From: Rhizophagus irregularis
Lineage: Eukaryota
Length of the DNA stretch: 64,000 bases
Direction of reading: 5' to 3'
NCBI RefSeq assembly: GCF_026210795.1
Contig: NC_089434.1
Span: 2,914,001 to 2,978,000 of the forward strand
Notes under the pieces: model-generated
The model's input: only the letters and a program-made list of their open reading frames with translations
Told to the model about the DNA's origin: nothing
Database searches by the model: none
Program-made: the position numbers and the translations under genes
In this document: positions 26,047 through 37,648 of the stretch, in pieces
Layout: each line of letters opens with the position of its first letter
Position numbering within the stretch: position 1 is the stretch's first letter

Positions 26047-29000
26047 ATCCTGGACAATAGCTCACTGAAATCCCCTGTTCATGATGATGTATTTTGTTAA
26101 CTTTGCCAATTAACCATGCATCTGAATTAGCCAAAGGCTTTCTAACAAAAATGACTTGTTTGTGTCATGCATCTGGTATAATATCTAATAAAAAGGCCTA
26201 ATGGTTAACTTTTGTAATCTCCAAATCATTGCTTACTGTTAAATTATCTGTCCTTGATGTGCACAAATGGGCCACATCACGGTACCATCTAGCTGTCCTT
26301 CCTTGTACCAGGAGTAGTGCTAAACTACGATATTGTTTCCATGTCATAAGATATGTTCCCCTAATAAATAATTGATCAATATAAAATATTGGGTAATGTG
26401 AGCTTTGGTTAATCCTATATATATACTTTGTAAGCTGATATTGTTTAAAGAACTTTAATATCAGCTCTTTCCCTCCTGATATACTCCAAGTTGATCTATC
26501 AATCAGGTTTATCGCCATTGAAATGTCAAGAAATTTAGCTATTACTAATGCGTTGAATGAGACGTTTTTCTGGGCTTGAAGTTTTATCCAAGACGTTGCG
26601 TGAAGATCACAGTCAAAAATTGGATCAATGATAAGTGATTTAAGTTGCGCGTCTCTAAGCCTAATCTGTGTAGCTATCGCTACGTATGAATTACTATTCA
26701 ATTTAATCATTAAATCCGTTATAATATTGATACAATGGATTTTCCATGAGTGATCTATACCTAAACACCCCTCATGAAATAATAGAAACGATGGTGTATT
26801 CTTGGGTAATTTCATCCAGTTTTTAACCAATTTCATTATAGGAGTGAACAGTTGATTCCAGTCATGTTCTGACAGTGTCATGATTTGGGCTATATATATT
26901 AGTCTGAGAATCAATACTCTATTGATCAAGTAAATACATTGTCCAGCTGGAACAAATTTACTATGAACTGTATCGCAAAAGTTTTTGACCATCATAGACA
27001 AACATTGCATCTATCACCGTCTACTTGGTTTGTTAGAAAACTAGACCCCAAGGTATCTTATTTCATTATTAGTGTCTTGAACTATGGAGCGATCATAGCC
27101 TAATTCGATAATTTGATCATGCCTTTCTACTGACGGGTTGATAATTATTATTTCTGATTTCTTAACATTGATATCAATATCATTAATCAAATAGAAATCA
27201 TTTGCTATATTTACTATCTTTTGCATCCTGGATTTTGATGATTCTAAAAATACCATATCATCCATATATGCACATACCTAAACCTGAAGCCTGTAATGTG
27301 TCCATGTGGTAGGGTTATTAATATCATTTGGCCAAGTAACTTTCTTTTATATCCACTATCTTTAGTTTGTTGTATTTCTACTAGAAGTGGATCATAAAAA
27401 ATTCGCTATAGCAACAGAGATAGTGCATCGCCCTGATCTATTCCGTTATTTTCAATAAATCCATCACTTAACCCATATGCTGTGGCTATTCTAAGGAATC
27501 TGTGTTTGAAAAGGGCTATAATCCATTCAACCAGTGATGCCGGAATGTCAATACGAAGCAATGCTCAATTTAGTACTTCTAACCTAACTGAATCAAACGC
27601 CTTTTTCATATCCTATGTGAGGACCCATAGTTCTTTTTTATTTTCTCTGGCATCCTCAATAAAATTATTAACCAGGTGTATTGGTTCATTTGTACATTCT
27701 CTGGGTAAACCACAACAATTGTATTCCTGTAGTATGTTATATCGTTTCAAAACTGAACTCAACCTGTTCGTGATCATCTTTGTGAAGGTCTTCCAAAAAC
27801 AGTCCAGCAATGCAATAGGTTGAGTATTCAAAATATTATATTCAAAGTTGGTAGGCTTAGGAATAGGGAAAATGATCGATATTTTCCATGCCTTTGGTAC
27901 AAGTCCAGTTTGTAATGTCAGATTTCTGAACTTGACTAAGAGGATGACTAATTTCTCAGGTAATTATAGAATTATTTTGTAGTTAATACTGGACAACCCT
28001 GCAGTCAAATTTTTATTTAATTCTTTAACAGTACTATTGTTCCATTTTTCCATAGTAATCTTTTCTATTGTAGCTTCCATTATTTCTTTGAATTTACCTG
28101 CAGGTTCGTAAATTTGTTGCCAAAGTGGCGTTAAAGAATTCTGAAGTGTGTTCCTTTTTCTAAACATACTCGCGAAATCATTGTCCACTGCTTCCTTAAC
28201 TTCTCCCGATTCTGTAGCCAGTCTCTTAGTCGAACCTTCTGATTTTTCGTTTACTAACACCTTATCTATAACTAAGGATGGTGCTGCAAATAGGCAATTG
28301 CGGAATAATTGCGATTTGCGGTATTGCAGAACATTGCGAATTTTGAAGTCTAAATATCCGCAAATCCGCAATTCGCAATTGTCTGCAATTCTGCAAATAT
28401 TCTGCAATTCCGCAAATGATCTAAAGTATTACAATTCAATTGCGGTTGAATTGCGGTACTTTACAGAATTGCGGAATATTTGCGAAATTGCGAATTGCCC
28501 GCAAAAAAAAGAATAATTATTTTTAATAAATGTAATTTTTTAATTAACTAATAAAGAAACCAATTTCTTCTTATTACTAAAAGTAAAAAAAATTCAGTTT
28601 TTCATTAATAAAATTTTTTAAAAAAATCAGTTTATTTTTTAGAAGAAACATATCGACCAGTTAATTCGACAGTTATTAATGATCTGGATTAGATTATCAG
28701 ACAGCATAGTACAAATCAACTAATTGCATTGCGCAATTTTAAATATTTTTTTTTTTATTTTAAAAAAAAATTCGTTCTTTTTTTTGTAAATTCCAGCCTG
28801 AAACTTGGAAATGGAGACCGGTAAGTATTTTAAAAGGGGGAAAGCGGGGTTTTTTGTTTTTTATGTAAGAACGTTTATTAACGTTCTTTCTTCTTTTTTT
28901 TGTGGATTCTGGCCTGGAACTTGGAAATGGAGATCAGTAGGTGTTTCTAGAGGGGAAGCGGGGGGTTTTTTTTTTGGGGGGGTTTTTGAGTTTTTTTATG

Positions 29001-29128
29001 TAAGAACGTTTATTAACGTTTTTTTACTTCTTTTTTTTGTAGATTCTGGCCTGGAACTTGGAAATGGAGGCCTGTGAGTATTTTAAAGAGAGGGGAAGCA
29101 GGTTTTTTTGTTTTTTTATGTAAGAACG

Positions 29129-29305
29129 TATACATGCTGCCCAAATTATTTTGGGATGCTATAATTATAATTTGGGATGCCATAATTCATTCGGTTTATA
29201 TATAATTTACTATGTAAAGTGCCAAAATAATTTGGGATGTCATAATTGAATTTGGGATTTTACTTATAATTACGGCAATCCAAAATAATTTGGGTGGCAT
29301 GTATA
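29129..29305. mobile_element. MITE nested in the hAT-type element
   Basis: TIR tatacatgctgcccaaattattttgg / ccaaaataatttgggtggcatgtata; 8-bp TSD taagaacg. Confidence 0.85.
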
Positions 29306-29318
29306 TAAGAACGTTTAT

Positions 29319-31699
29319 CATCAGGAAGTCACGGGAAAAATGTTCATCAAATATACGTACATCGGTCACTTGATGTACATCATAAAGAAATGCTGAACAT
29401 CGGACCCTGCAATGTACTACCAATGTCACAACATTCGATGTTCATCACCAAATCAAGATGTTCATTGCCCGTACATTACAATATACATTATTTTATATCA
29501 TATCAATCTTTTATTATTTATGTTAATATGTTAATGTTAAATGTTATTGAATAACAAATTATTTTATTAAATTACATTATAACAATCTATACTAAAGCTA
29601 TATTAATCTAATTAATCCTATTAAAAACAACAACGTTTCTATAAAAAAGAAAAAAAATGGCAAAGTTTCACAAAGAAATTCACCATTTTCAAATTTTAAC
29701 ATTTCTAATTAAATCCCTTGAAACCTACAAAAAAAAAACAAAGAAAAAGAAAATTTAGTATTTCTGTTAAAGAAAATGAAAAAAAAGATGGTAAGCTTCG
29801 CAACGAAACTTACCACTTTTAAATTAATTTAACTGAATACTCCAGAGAACCCACAAAAAAAAGTTTCGAAGTTATTCTTCGAACTGATTTTATCCAGGAA
29901 GTACAACCTACAATAAAAAGATAAAAAAAAATATTAATAAAAAAAAATAATTTAAAAGAAAAAGTTTTGAAGAGAAACTTCGAAACTTGCCTGAGAAGCC
30001 GATCCAAATCTCAAAAATGATTCTTACAAAATAGACAAAAGAAGAAATGATTAGTTTCTTCAAAACATACCAAAAAAAAATTTAAAGAAAAAAGTTTCGA
30101 AAGTAAACTAAACTTTCGAAACTTACCAATCATATCGTCTAAGATCTGGAAGCTCAATCTACTGGTACCTGCAAAAAAAAAGAAAAAAAAATTAATAAAT
30201 TAAAAAGTTCAAAAGTAAACTTTACTTTTGAAACTTACAAATCATATCGTCTAAAATCCGGGAACTCAATCTACCGGTACCTGCAAAAAAAAATCAAAAA
30301 AAATAAATAAATTTTAAAAAAGTTCTGAAGCAAAGATTTGCTTCAAAACTTAACAATTCATTCCAAGACGCTAATCTACAGCAAGGTACCGTTCTACAAA
30401 AAAGAAACCACCAAAGCCAACCATTCAACGTCAAAAAATCCAACTGAAGAAGTTCAAGAAGCCATCATGTAAAGATATTCTTAGTTTATTGGTTTCATCT
30501 AATGAGTTAGATATCAAAGAAGGTATCAAAAAATTATATTATTTAATCGAAAAATAAATGAACCGATACCTACAAAAAAAATAATATAAAATTTAAAAAA
30601 AAATAAATTAGAAAAAAAAAGTTATGTTTCGAATTTCAAATCGAAACTTACCATATATTCAAGTTCCAGCCGAAAGAATCATACCTACAAAAAAAAACAA
30701 GAAAATTAAAAAAAAAAATAAATTAAAAAAAAATAAATTAAAAAAACAGAAGTTTCGAATCGAAACTTACCAGACCCAAGTCCCAAAGCCGAAGAAACCG
30801 GAACTCTACAAAAAAATATGAAAAGAAATGTTAGATCGTTTCTTAAATTAAAAATAACAAAATCCCAACCCTTTCCCATCACTACCTTAAAGTCTGGTTT
30901 CGTATTCAAGCCGGCGTCCTCCTAGTACGTGTCCTACAAAAAAATAAAATAAGAAATGTTAAGTGGTTTCTTAAATTAAAAAAAAAAATTAAAAAAAAAA
31001 ATTATGTAAGTTTAGAAACAAAACTTACATTACTTTCAAGAAAACTAAAGAGGCGGAAGAAAAGTATGAGAAAAAAGGTGTGAGAAAAACTGAAAAAGGG
31101 TGTGAGAAAAAGGGGAGAATGAAAGGGGAAGGGAAAGACGATAGGGAAGGAGTAAAGGAGGAAAAAGGAAGGGAAAGGAAAAAGTTTAAAAAAGATGATC
31201 CTTTTTTAAACTTTTGATACGCGTAATGTGTGACGACGTGATGTTTAATTAGTGCATTATTCGACCAACATCTAATTGTAGATCATGGTCGAATTTTTTA
31301 ATTTTAAGTACTAGTCAAATATAGGCCAAATTTTACTAAGGCCGAATATTCCTTTTTCAACTTGTAGTAAGAGAAGGGAAATGTGGGGAAGAGAAAGGGT
31401 GGGAAAGGGAAAAATAAAAGGATAAAGAAGAGGAAGTTTCGTTTATCATGTTGCTAAGATTATTTCACGTGACATAATAATAAATAGGGGCTGATATCAT
31501 AAAAATTTATTTTTGAAAACATCATATTTGATAAACATTGAATTTTCATTATTAAATGATGCATATCATGATAAAAATCTCATTGGTGATGTTTATTAAT
31601 ATTAAATATTACATGTACATTTAAAATAATAAAAATTATGATGTAAATGATTTGCAAAAATATACATGTGATGAATATTTTTCCCATGACTTCCTAATG
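29319..31699. mobile_element. TIR element with 2-bp TSD (possibly CMC/EnSpm-like), no transposase seen
   Basis: TIR catcaggaagtcacgggaaaaatgttcatca / tgatgaatatttttcccatgacttcctaatg, flanked by AT. Removing it restores the tandem-repeat unit (acgtttat|taa). Confidence 0.8.
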
Positions 31700-32711
31700 A
31701 TTAATGTTTTTACTTTTTTTTTTTTGTAGATTCTGGCCTGGAACTTGAAAATGGAGGACCGGTGAGTATTTTAAATGAGGGGAAGTGGGTTTTTTTTGTT
31801 TTTTTTTATGTAAGAACGTTTATTAACGTTCTTTTACTTCTTTTTTTTTGTAGATTCTGGCCTGAAACTTGGAAATGGAGACCGGTACTAAGTATTTTAA
31901 AAGGAGGGGAAGCAGGTTTTTTTGTTTTTTTTATGTAAGAACATTTATTAACATTCTTTTACTTCTTTTTTTTTGTAGATTCCGGCCTTAAACTTGGAAA
32001 TGGAGACCGGTGAGTATTTTAAAGGAAAGGAAGTGGGGTTTTTTTTGTTTTTTTTATGTAAAAACGTTTATTAACGTTCTTTTACTTCTTTTTTTTGTAG
32101 ATTCCAGCCTGAAACTTGGAAATGGAGACCGGTGAGTATTTTCAAGGGGGAAGCGGGTTTTTTATTTTTTTTATGTAAGAACATTTATTAACGTTCTTTT
32201 CTTCTTTTTTTTGCGATTCCAGCCTGAACTTGAAAATGAGACCGGTAGGTGTTTCTAGAGGATAAGCGTTTTTTTGTGTTTTTTCTTATGTAAAGAACGT
32301 TATTAACATTCTTTCACTACTTTTTTTTGTAGATTCTGGCTGGAACTTTAATTAGTAGTATTAAGTTCGTCATTGTTATCTGTGTTTGATTTAGTTTTTG
32401 GTGCAGTTGCGCCATTTCAGAAATTATGGTTTTATTGTTTCTAATAAATAATAAATAAATTTATTAAAAAATTTTTTTTGATTAAATTATCATTTAAAGA
32501 CATTAAAAAAAAATTTAATTATCAGCCAATCAGAATTGCGGAATTGCGGGTTACTAACCGCAATTCAACTCTAAAATCCGCAATATTGCAGATTTTGGAA
32601 ATTATTTGCAGACCCATCCTTATCTATAACTATATTGGCGTGAGTGTTTCTATCTAATATGCTAGACAGCCATGATGTTGTTTGGTCTTCTTGTGTAATT
32701 TCAAATAGTAA

Positions 32712-32973
32712 TTATATTTTATTAAAAAAAAAATAGTTTTTTTTGCGAACATTTCGCAAATCCGCAAATATTTCACAAATCCGCAAATATCGCAAGTACT
32801 GCAATTCAATTGTAAAATATTTGCGATACTTTGCAATATTTGCGGATTTGCAGAATATTTGCGGTTTTGCAGATAATTGCGGATTTGCGAATTTGCAGAT
32901 TAAAATTCGCAATGTTTCGCAATACCGTAAATCGCAATTATTCCGCAATTACATATTTGCGGCACCATCCTTA
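32712..32973 (-). mobile_element. Inverted, truncated copy of the hAT-type left end
   Basis: Reverse-complement similar to 28273-28530; ends ...gcggcaccatcctta. Confidence 0.8.
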
Positions 32974-33486
32974 CTCTTTACACAGATATTAAACCAAAGT
33001 TTCAGATGTTTTCTCAAAGTTCAAATTTTGAAAAAGTAATTAATTTAGTAAAGATAAATACTAAAAAAGTGATAGCAATTGAATTTGATAATATTAAGAT
33101 AGAAAGTGTTAAATTGGATGGAATTCAAAGTAGTTGGCAGAAAGTAACTGATATTTCACAATTATTATTAGAAAAATCAGATAATGAAATTTTAAGTTTT
33201 GAAATTAATGATAGATATTATCCAAACCAAAAAAACAGTTCAGCAAGCTTTAGAATTAAAGATTAAAAAAAAAAGTAGTAAATATTTAGATTTGTTAAAA
33301 AAATAACACAATGTAAAGTCAAGTTGTATGTTTATTGTTTTAAGAATAGGTTTATATCATCTAATTAGTAGAAAGATTTATGCTAATAAATAATTTGTAA
33401 ATATTAAATACAAAATTACAATCTATAAATAACAATTTTGAAAAATAGTTCAAAATTTGAATTTTATTTATTTATATTGTATAACT

Positions 33487-33670
33487 TATACATACCATCC
33501 AAATTATTTTGGACTGCTGTATGCCGTAATTATAAGTAAAATTCCAAATTCAATTATAACATCCCAAATTATTTTAGCACTTTACATAGTAAATTATATA
33601 TAAACTGAATGAATTACAGCATTCCAAATTATAATTATGACATCTCAAAATAATTTGGGCAGCATGTATA
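33487..33670. mobile_element. Second, inverted copy of the 29129-29305 MITE family
   Basis: tatacataccatccaaattattttgg ... caaaataatttgggcagcatgtata; diverged 8-bp flanks gtataact/atgtaact. Confidence 0.8.
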
Positions 33671-35027
33671 ATGTAACTTATTTTTTAAAGTACTTTGTTA
33701 AAATTTTAATTATCATGTGAGTGGTAAAATTTTTTTTTGTCATATTACATGAAATTTTTATAGATTTCCATGGAATTTTTGTAAAATCCATAAAAATTAC
33801 ATGAAAACTAGTCCAAAATTTTATATTTTTATTATTGCTACTTAATAAAATTATCCAACTTTAACCCATAATATTAATTAAAATTCTTATTAAATTCTAT
33901 AAAATAATCTGATAAAAATATTCAGTACATGTTGCTTTATCATTTTATTGGTTTAGTTTTTTCTTTTTACTATTCAATTTACAATTTATAAAAATTTGAA
34001 GTTATATAATATTAGTGTAGTTTATAGGTGACAGCCACCATAGTAATTTATATATATTTTTCTAAATAATAAAAGTTTTAAATAGGATAACTATTGCAAT
34101 TTTTAGTTATACTAATAAATATTTAAAATTTTATATAATTATAATTACTATTTTTATAAAAAAGAAATATATTTTAATAAATAATGTTGCTAATCTTAAC
34201 CAAAGGGATAATTTTTCTTCCTTAAGAATTAAAAAAAAATAAACTTTTTTTATGAAATATATAAAATAAATATAATTGGATATTAATCACATAAAAATTT
34301 AGCAATTTTTGGTTTTAAAAAAAATTTTTATTATGAAAAATACAATTTAATTATAAAAATTAAAATTATGTAATTTTCTCAAAAACCATCTGAACAACTA
34401 CCTTTTTTAATTTAATAAAACCTTTTTCTCATAAATTTATATATAATTTTATTTTTAAATTACTATACAAGTCAATATTTTAATTAAAAATTGAAATAAA
34501 AGGAGAGAAAAAGAAATTTTTTCTGGTTAAGTTTAGTAATTTTCTTTAATAAATACAATTAATTTATATAATTATTTTTTTTTTTATATAATAATTATAT
34601 TATATTTATTTTTAACAATACAAAATTTAATTGAATAATAATAAATTTTATTATATAATTAAAATAAAAAATTATAATACTAGTTAATATATATTTAAAA
34701 TATTAATAAATCTGTAGTAATATTTAGATATACAGTCAACTCCCTCTATAGTTACTCCCGTTATAGTCACATTCTACTATATAGTCACACCAGTTGAATA
34801 TTCAAAACACTTTATTATTAAAATCTATCCTATATAGTCACAATCTATCTATAGTCACTATTACACCTATCCTTAAAAATCTTATATTAAAAAGAACCGT
34901 TTATAATCACAGTTATATAAAGAATATATTAAATAACTTGGCATCTAATAATCGTACAAAGATATATCATAGCTTGTTAGAATCGTCTCACTGAGACGAA
35001 TCGAATGGTGGTAGTTTTATCCTTTCC

Positions 35028-36017
35028 TTTGCTAGTGTTTACGGCCAGACACCCCATTGCCTCTTATGAGACTAATACGGAATGCCAATGTGCCCTATCA
35101 TCTTCAATAGCAACCATTAGTACCCCGAGCACTTAATTCCTCAGGTAACAGCACCACTATAGAAGACATCCCCCATCGGGCCATTATAGGCTGATCTGAA
35201 GCTAGGTACACGCTGCCTACTCATCCTATACTCATTGTATGATACTGATACTTAATTTATTTAACAACCTTTAGAGAGCATCTACTTTCATGGAGGACTT
35301 TCGACAGGTAACATCAACCATCTAAGCACTTTTCATACCACCATTTTAGGTACTAAGTCTCACTCAAAGGGCCACTACAGCCCGCGATTACTTAGCACCG
35401 ATAGTACAGTTGTTTACCCCAAGTGGTATACTTTGTAGTGACCACTCGGACGGGAAGGTAGCAGGCTTCTGTCCAGGATCACCCCTTATGGTGGGTATCA
35501 ACCACCAGGGATCACCAACCAGGACCCAAGAAGTGGGGAATCGAACCCCATAACCATACTACCTGTTCTGTGCACGAACACCTTGGTTGGTCTAAGACCT
35601 AACAGAAGGTCAAACTACCACTAAGACATTGCACTCTCAGCTTTACCATCTGATGGACGACCATACTAGCCATTACTGACCCCAAGATGGTATCGGGTAG
35701 TGACCACCTGAACAGAAAGTCCCCCCCAAAGGTATAGTAGTGACCTCAAAGACAGGACTGCGCACATACCAATGGCCTCATAGGGAACGTTAGAACACAT
35801 ACGACCCTTAGTTGAAATGTGCGGCCTAACCGTACACACTAATTCACCATGATGCAGTCCAACTACACTAATCCCTGTACCTTCACGCTATTGGTTGTAG
35901 CGTCTGCAGTAAAATTCTTTTTATTTCCGTAGTCATGGGAATCGAACCTGCGACCTCACCATACTCAGGCTTAATGAGGGTCTCAGTGACTAACCACCGA
36001 GATAGGGTGACCAACCC
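35028..36017 (-). mobile_element. tRNA-headed ~1 kb SINE-like element, subfamily A, copy 1
   Basis: 5' gggttggtcaccc with A-box-like tatctcggtggttag and B box ggttcgattcc; bounded by target copies at 35015-35027 and 36021-36034. Confidence 0.85.
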
Positions 36018-36034
36018 TAGTTTTATCCTTTTCC

Positions 36035-37016
36035 TTTGCAAGTGTTTACGGCCAGACCACCCATTGCCTCTTATGAGACTAATCTCGGGTCTGTGTCCTA
36101 TCATCTTCAATAGGCAACCATTATACCGAGTACTTAATTCCTCAGGTAACAGCACCACTATAGAAGACATCCCCCATCGGGCCATTTTAGGCTGATCTGA
36201 AGCTGAGACACGCCGCCTACTCATCCTATACCCATTGCATGATACTGATACTCAATTTATTTAACGACCTTTAGAGAGCATCTACTTTCATGGAGGACTT
36301 TCGACAGGTAACATCAACCATCTAAGATCCCTTCCATACCACCATTTTAGGTACTAAGTCTCACTCAAAGGCCACTACAGCCCGCGATTACCTAGCACCG
36401 ATAGTACAGTTGTTTACCCCAAGTGGTATACTTTGTAGCGACCACTCGGACAGGAAGTAGCAGGCATCTGTCCAGGATCACCCCTTATGGTGGGTATCAA
36501 CCACCAGGGATCACCAACATGGAGGGGCCAAGGAGTAGGAAATCGAACTCCATAGCCATGCTACCTGTTCTGTGCACGAACACCTTGGTTGGTCTAAGAC
36601 CTAACAGAAGGTCTAACTACCACTAAGACATTGCACCCTCAGCTTTACCATCTAGGACGACCATCTAGCCATTACTGACCCCAAGCAGTATCGTAGAGTG
36701 ACCACCTGGACAGGAAGTCCCCCTCAAGGTATAGTAGTGACCTCAAGGACAGGATTGCGCACATGCCAATAGCCTCATAGGGAACGTTAGAAGAACACCA
36801 TGACCCTTAGTTGAAATGTGCGGCCTAACCGTACACACTAATTCACCATGATGCAGTCCAACTACACTAATCCCTGTACCTTCACGCTATTGGTTGTAGC
36901 GTCCGCAGTAAAATTCTTTTTATTTCCGTGGTCATGGGAATCGAACCTGCGACCTCACCATACTCAGGCTTAATGAGGGTCTCAGTGACTAACCACCGAG
37001 ATAGGGTGACCAACCC
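36035..37016 (-). mobile_element. SINE-like subfamily A, copy 2
   Basis: Full-length repeat of copy 1 between target copies. Confidence 0.85.
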
Positions 37017-37033
37017 TAGTTTTATCCTTTTCC

Positions 37034-37460
37034 TTTTGCAAACAGTCTTATAACATTATTTTTATTTATATTTTAACATCGAAAATTCAAACGAACAATA
37101 TTACAAAAATAAGAAAATAAACTAATAAAAATAAAAAGAGTAGCTTCACGACTCATACAAGCAAAGAAATCTAAACTAAAATAAAATTAAAGCAAAGAAA
37201 AACTAGACTATTACAGAATCGCATACCCCAACTTTACCCGAAGGCCAGTGTGAGTCAACTATCCAACATCCAAAAATCCAGTCCGTTACCAGAAAGAAAT
37301 CCTAAGAGGTTGAACTGTTAAGCAGCGCAGAAAATCCAAGTGCGAGATCCATGATCCACCCCGAATTATAGAAGAGGATATCCAAGAAATCCAGGAATCC
37401 TGAGAAACTGTCGCCAAAGAAGAGTTATTTGTATGTGGAGAAGAAACAATAGGAGAAGAA
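37034..37460 (-). mobile_element. 5'-truncated LINE family A, 3' fragment
   Basis: Encodes ...DSWISWISSSIIRGGSWISHLDFL..LTVQPLRISFW*; 3' UTR homologous to 55003-55267. Confidence 0.88.
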
Positions 37461-37476
37461 AGTTTTATCCTTTTCC

Positions 37477-37633
37477 TTTGCAAGTGTTTACGGCCAGACC
37501 ACCCATTGCCTCTTATGAGACTAATCTCGGGTCTGTGTCCTATCATCTTCAATGGGCAACCATTAAACCGAGTACTTAATTCCTCAGGTAACAGCACCAC
37601 TATAGAAGACATCCTCCATCGGGCCATTTAGGC
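37477..37633 (-). mobile_element. 5'-truncated SINE-like subfamily A, copy 3
   Basis: Only the 3'-most ~157 bp, between target copies. Confidence 0.85.
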
Positions 37634-37648
37634 ATTTTATCCTTTTTC

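Larger units (their letters stand above)
28780..32350 (+). repeat. ~120-bp tandem repeat (about 9 units), split by nested insertions
   Basis: Unit ttttttgtag-attc(t/c)ggcctg(g/a)aacttggaaatggagaccg-gt(a/g)agt...ttattaac. Three units at 28.8-29.1 kb and six at 31.7-32.35 kb. Confidence 0.85.
28273..32622. mobile_element. Non-autonomous hAT-type element (4.35 kb including nested inserts)
   Basis: TIR taaggatgg / ccatcctta; 8-bp TSD tctataac (28265-28272, 32623-32630); dense ttgcg/cgcaa subterminal repeats. Confidence 0.9.
23379..32712 (-). mobile_element. Degenerate poly(A)-tailed LINE (RT, RNase H, zinc finger), interrupted by three DNA elements
   Basis: Fragments with DMKKAFDSV, GIDQGDAL, AYMDD, YYTDGS..AELVA..YTDSQ..VKVKGHS, CPRC..HFIEC. 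T-run at 23379-23396 is a poly(A) tail on minus. The reading frame resumes across each insertion (SIKK/HWH; WLSSILDRNTHANI/VIDKVLV). Confidence 0.88.

Noticed and set aside
27964..33039. ORFs rich in C/R/N/I at 27964, 28148, 32712 and 32743
   Set aside because: Translations of hAT subterminal ttgcg repeats, partly fused to LINE sequence.
33006..33266. 86-aa ORF
   Set aside because: Isolated fragment in decayed AT-rich DNA, no recognisable family.
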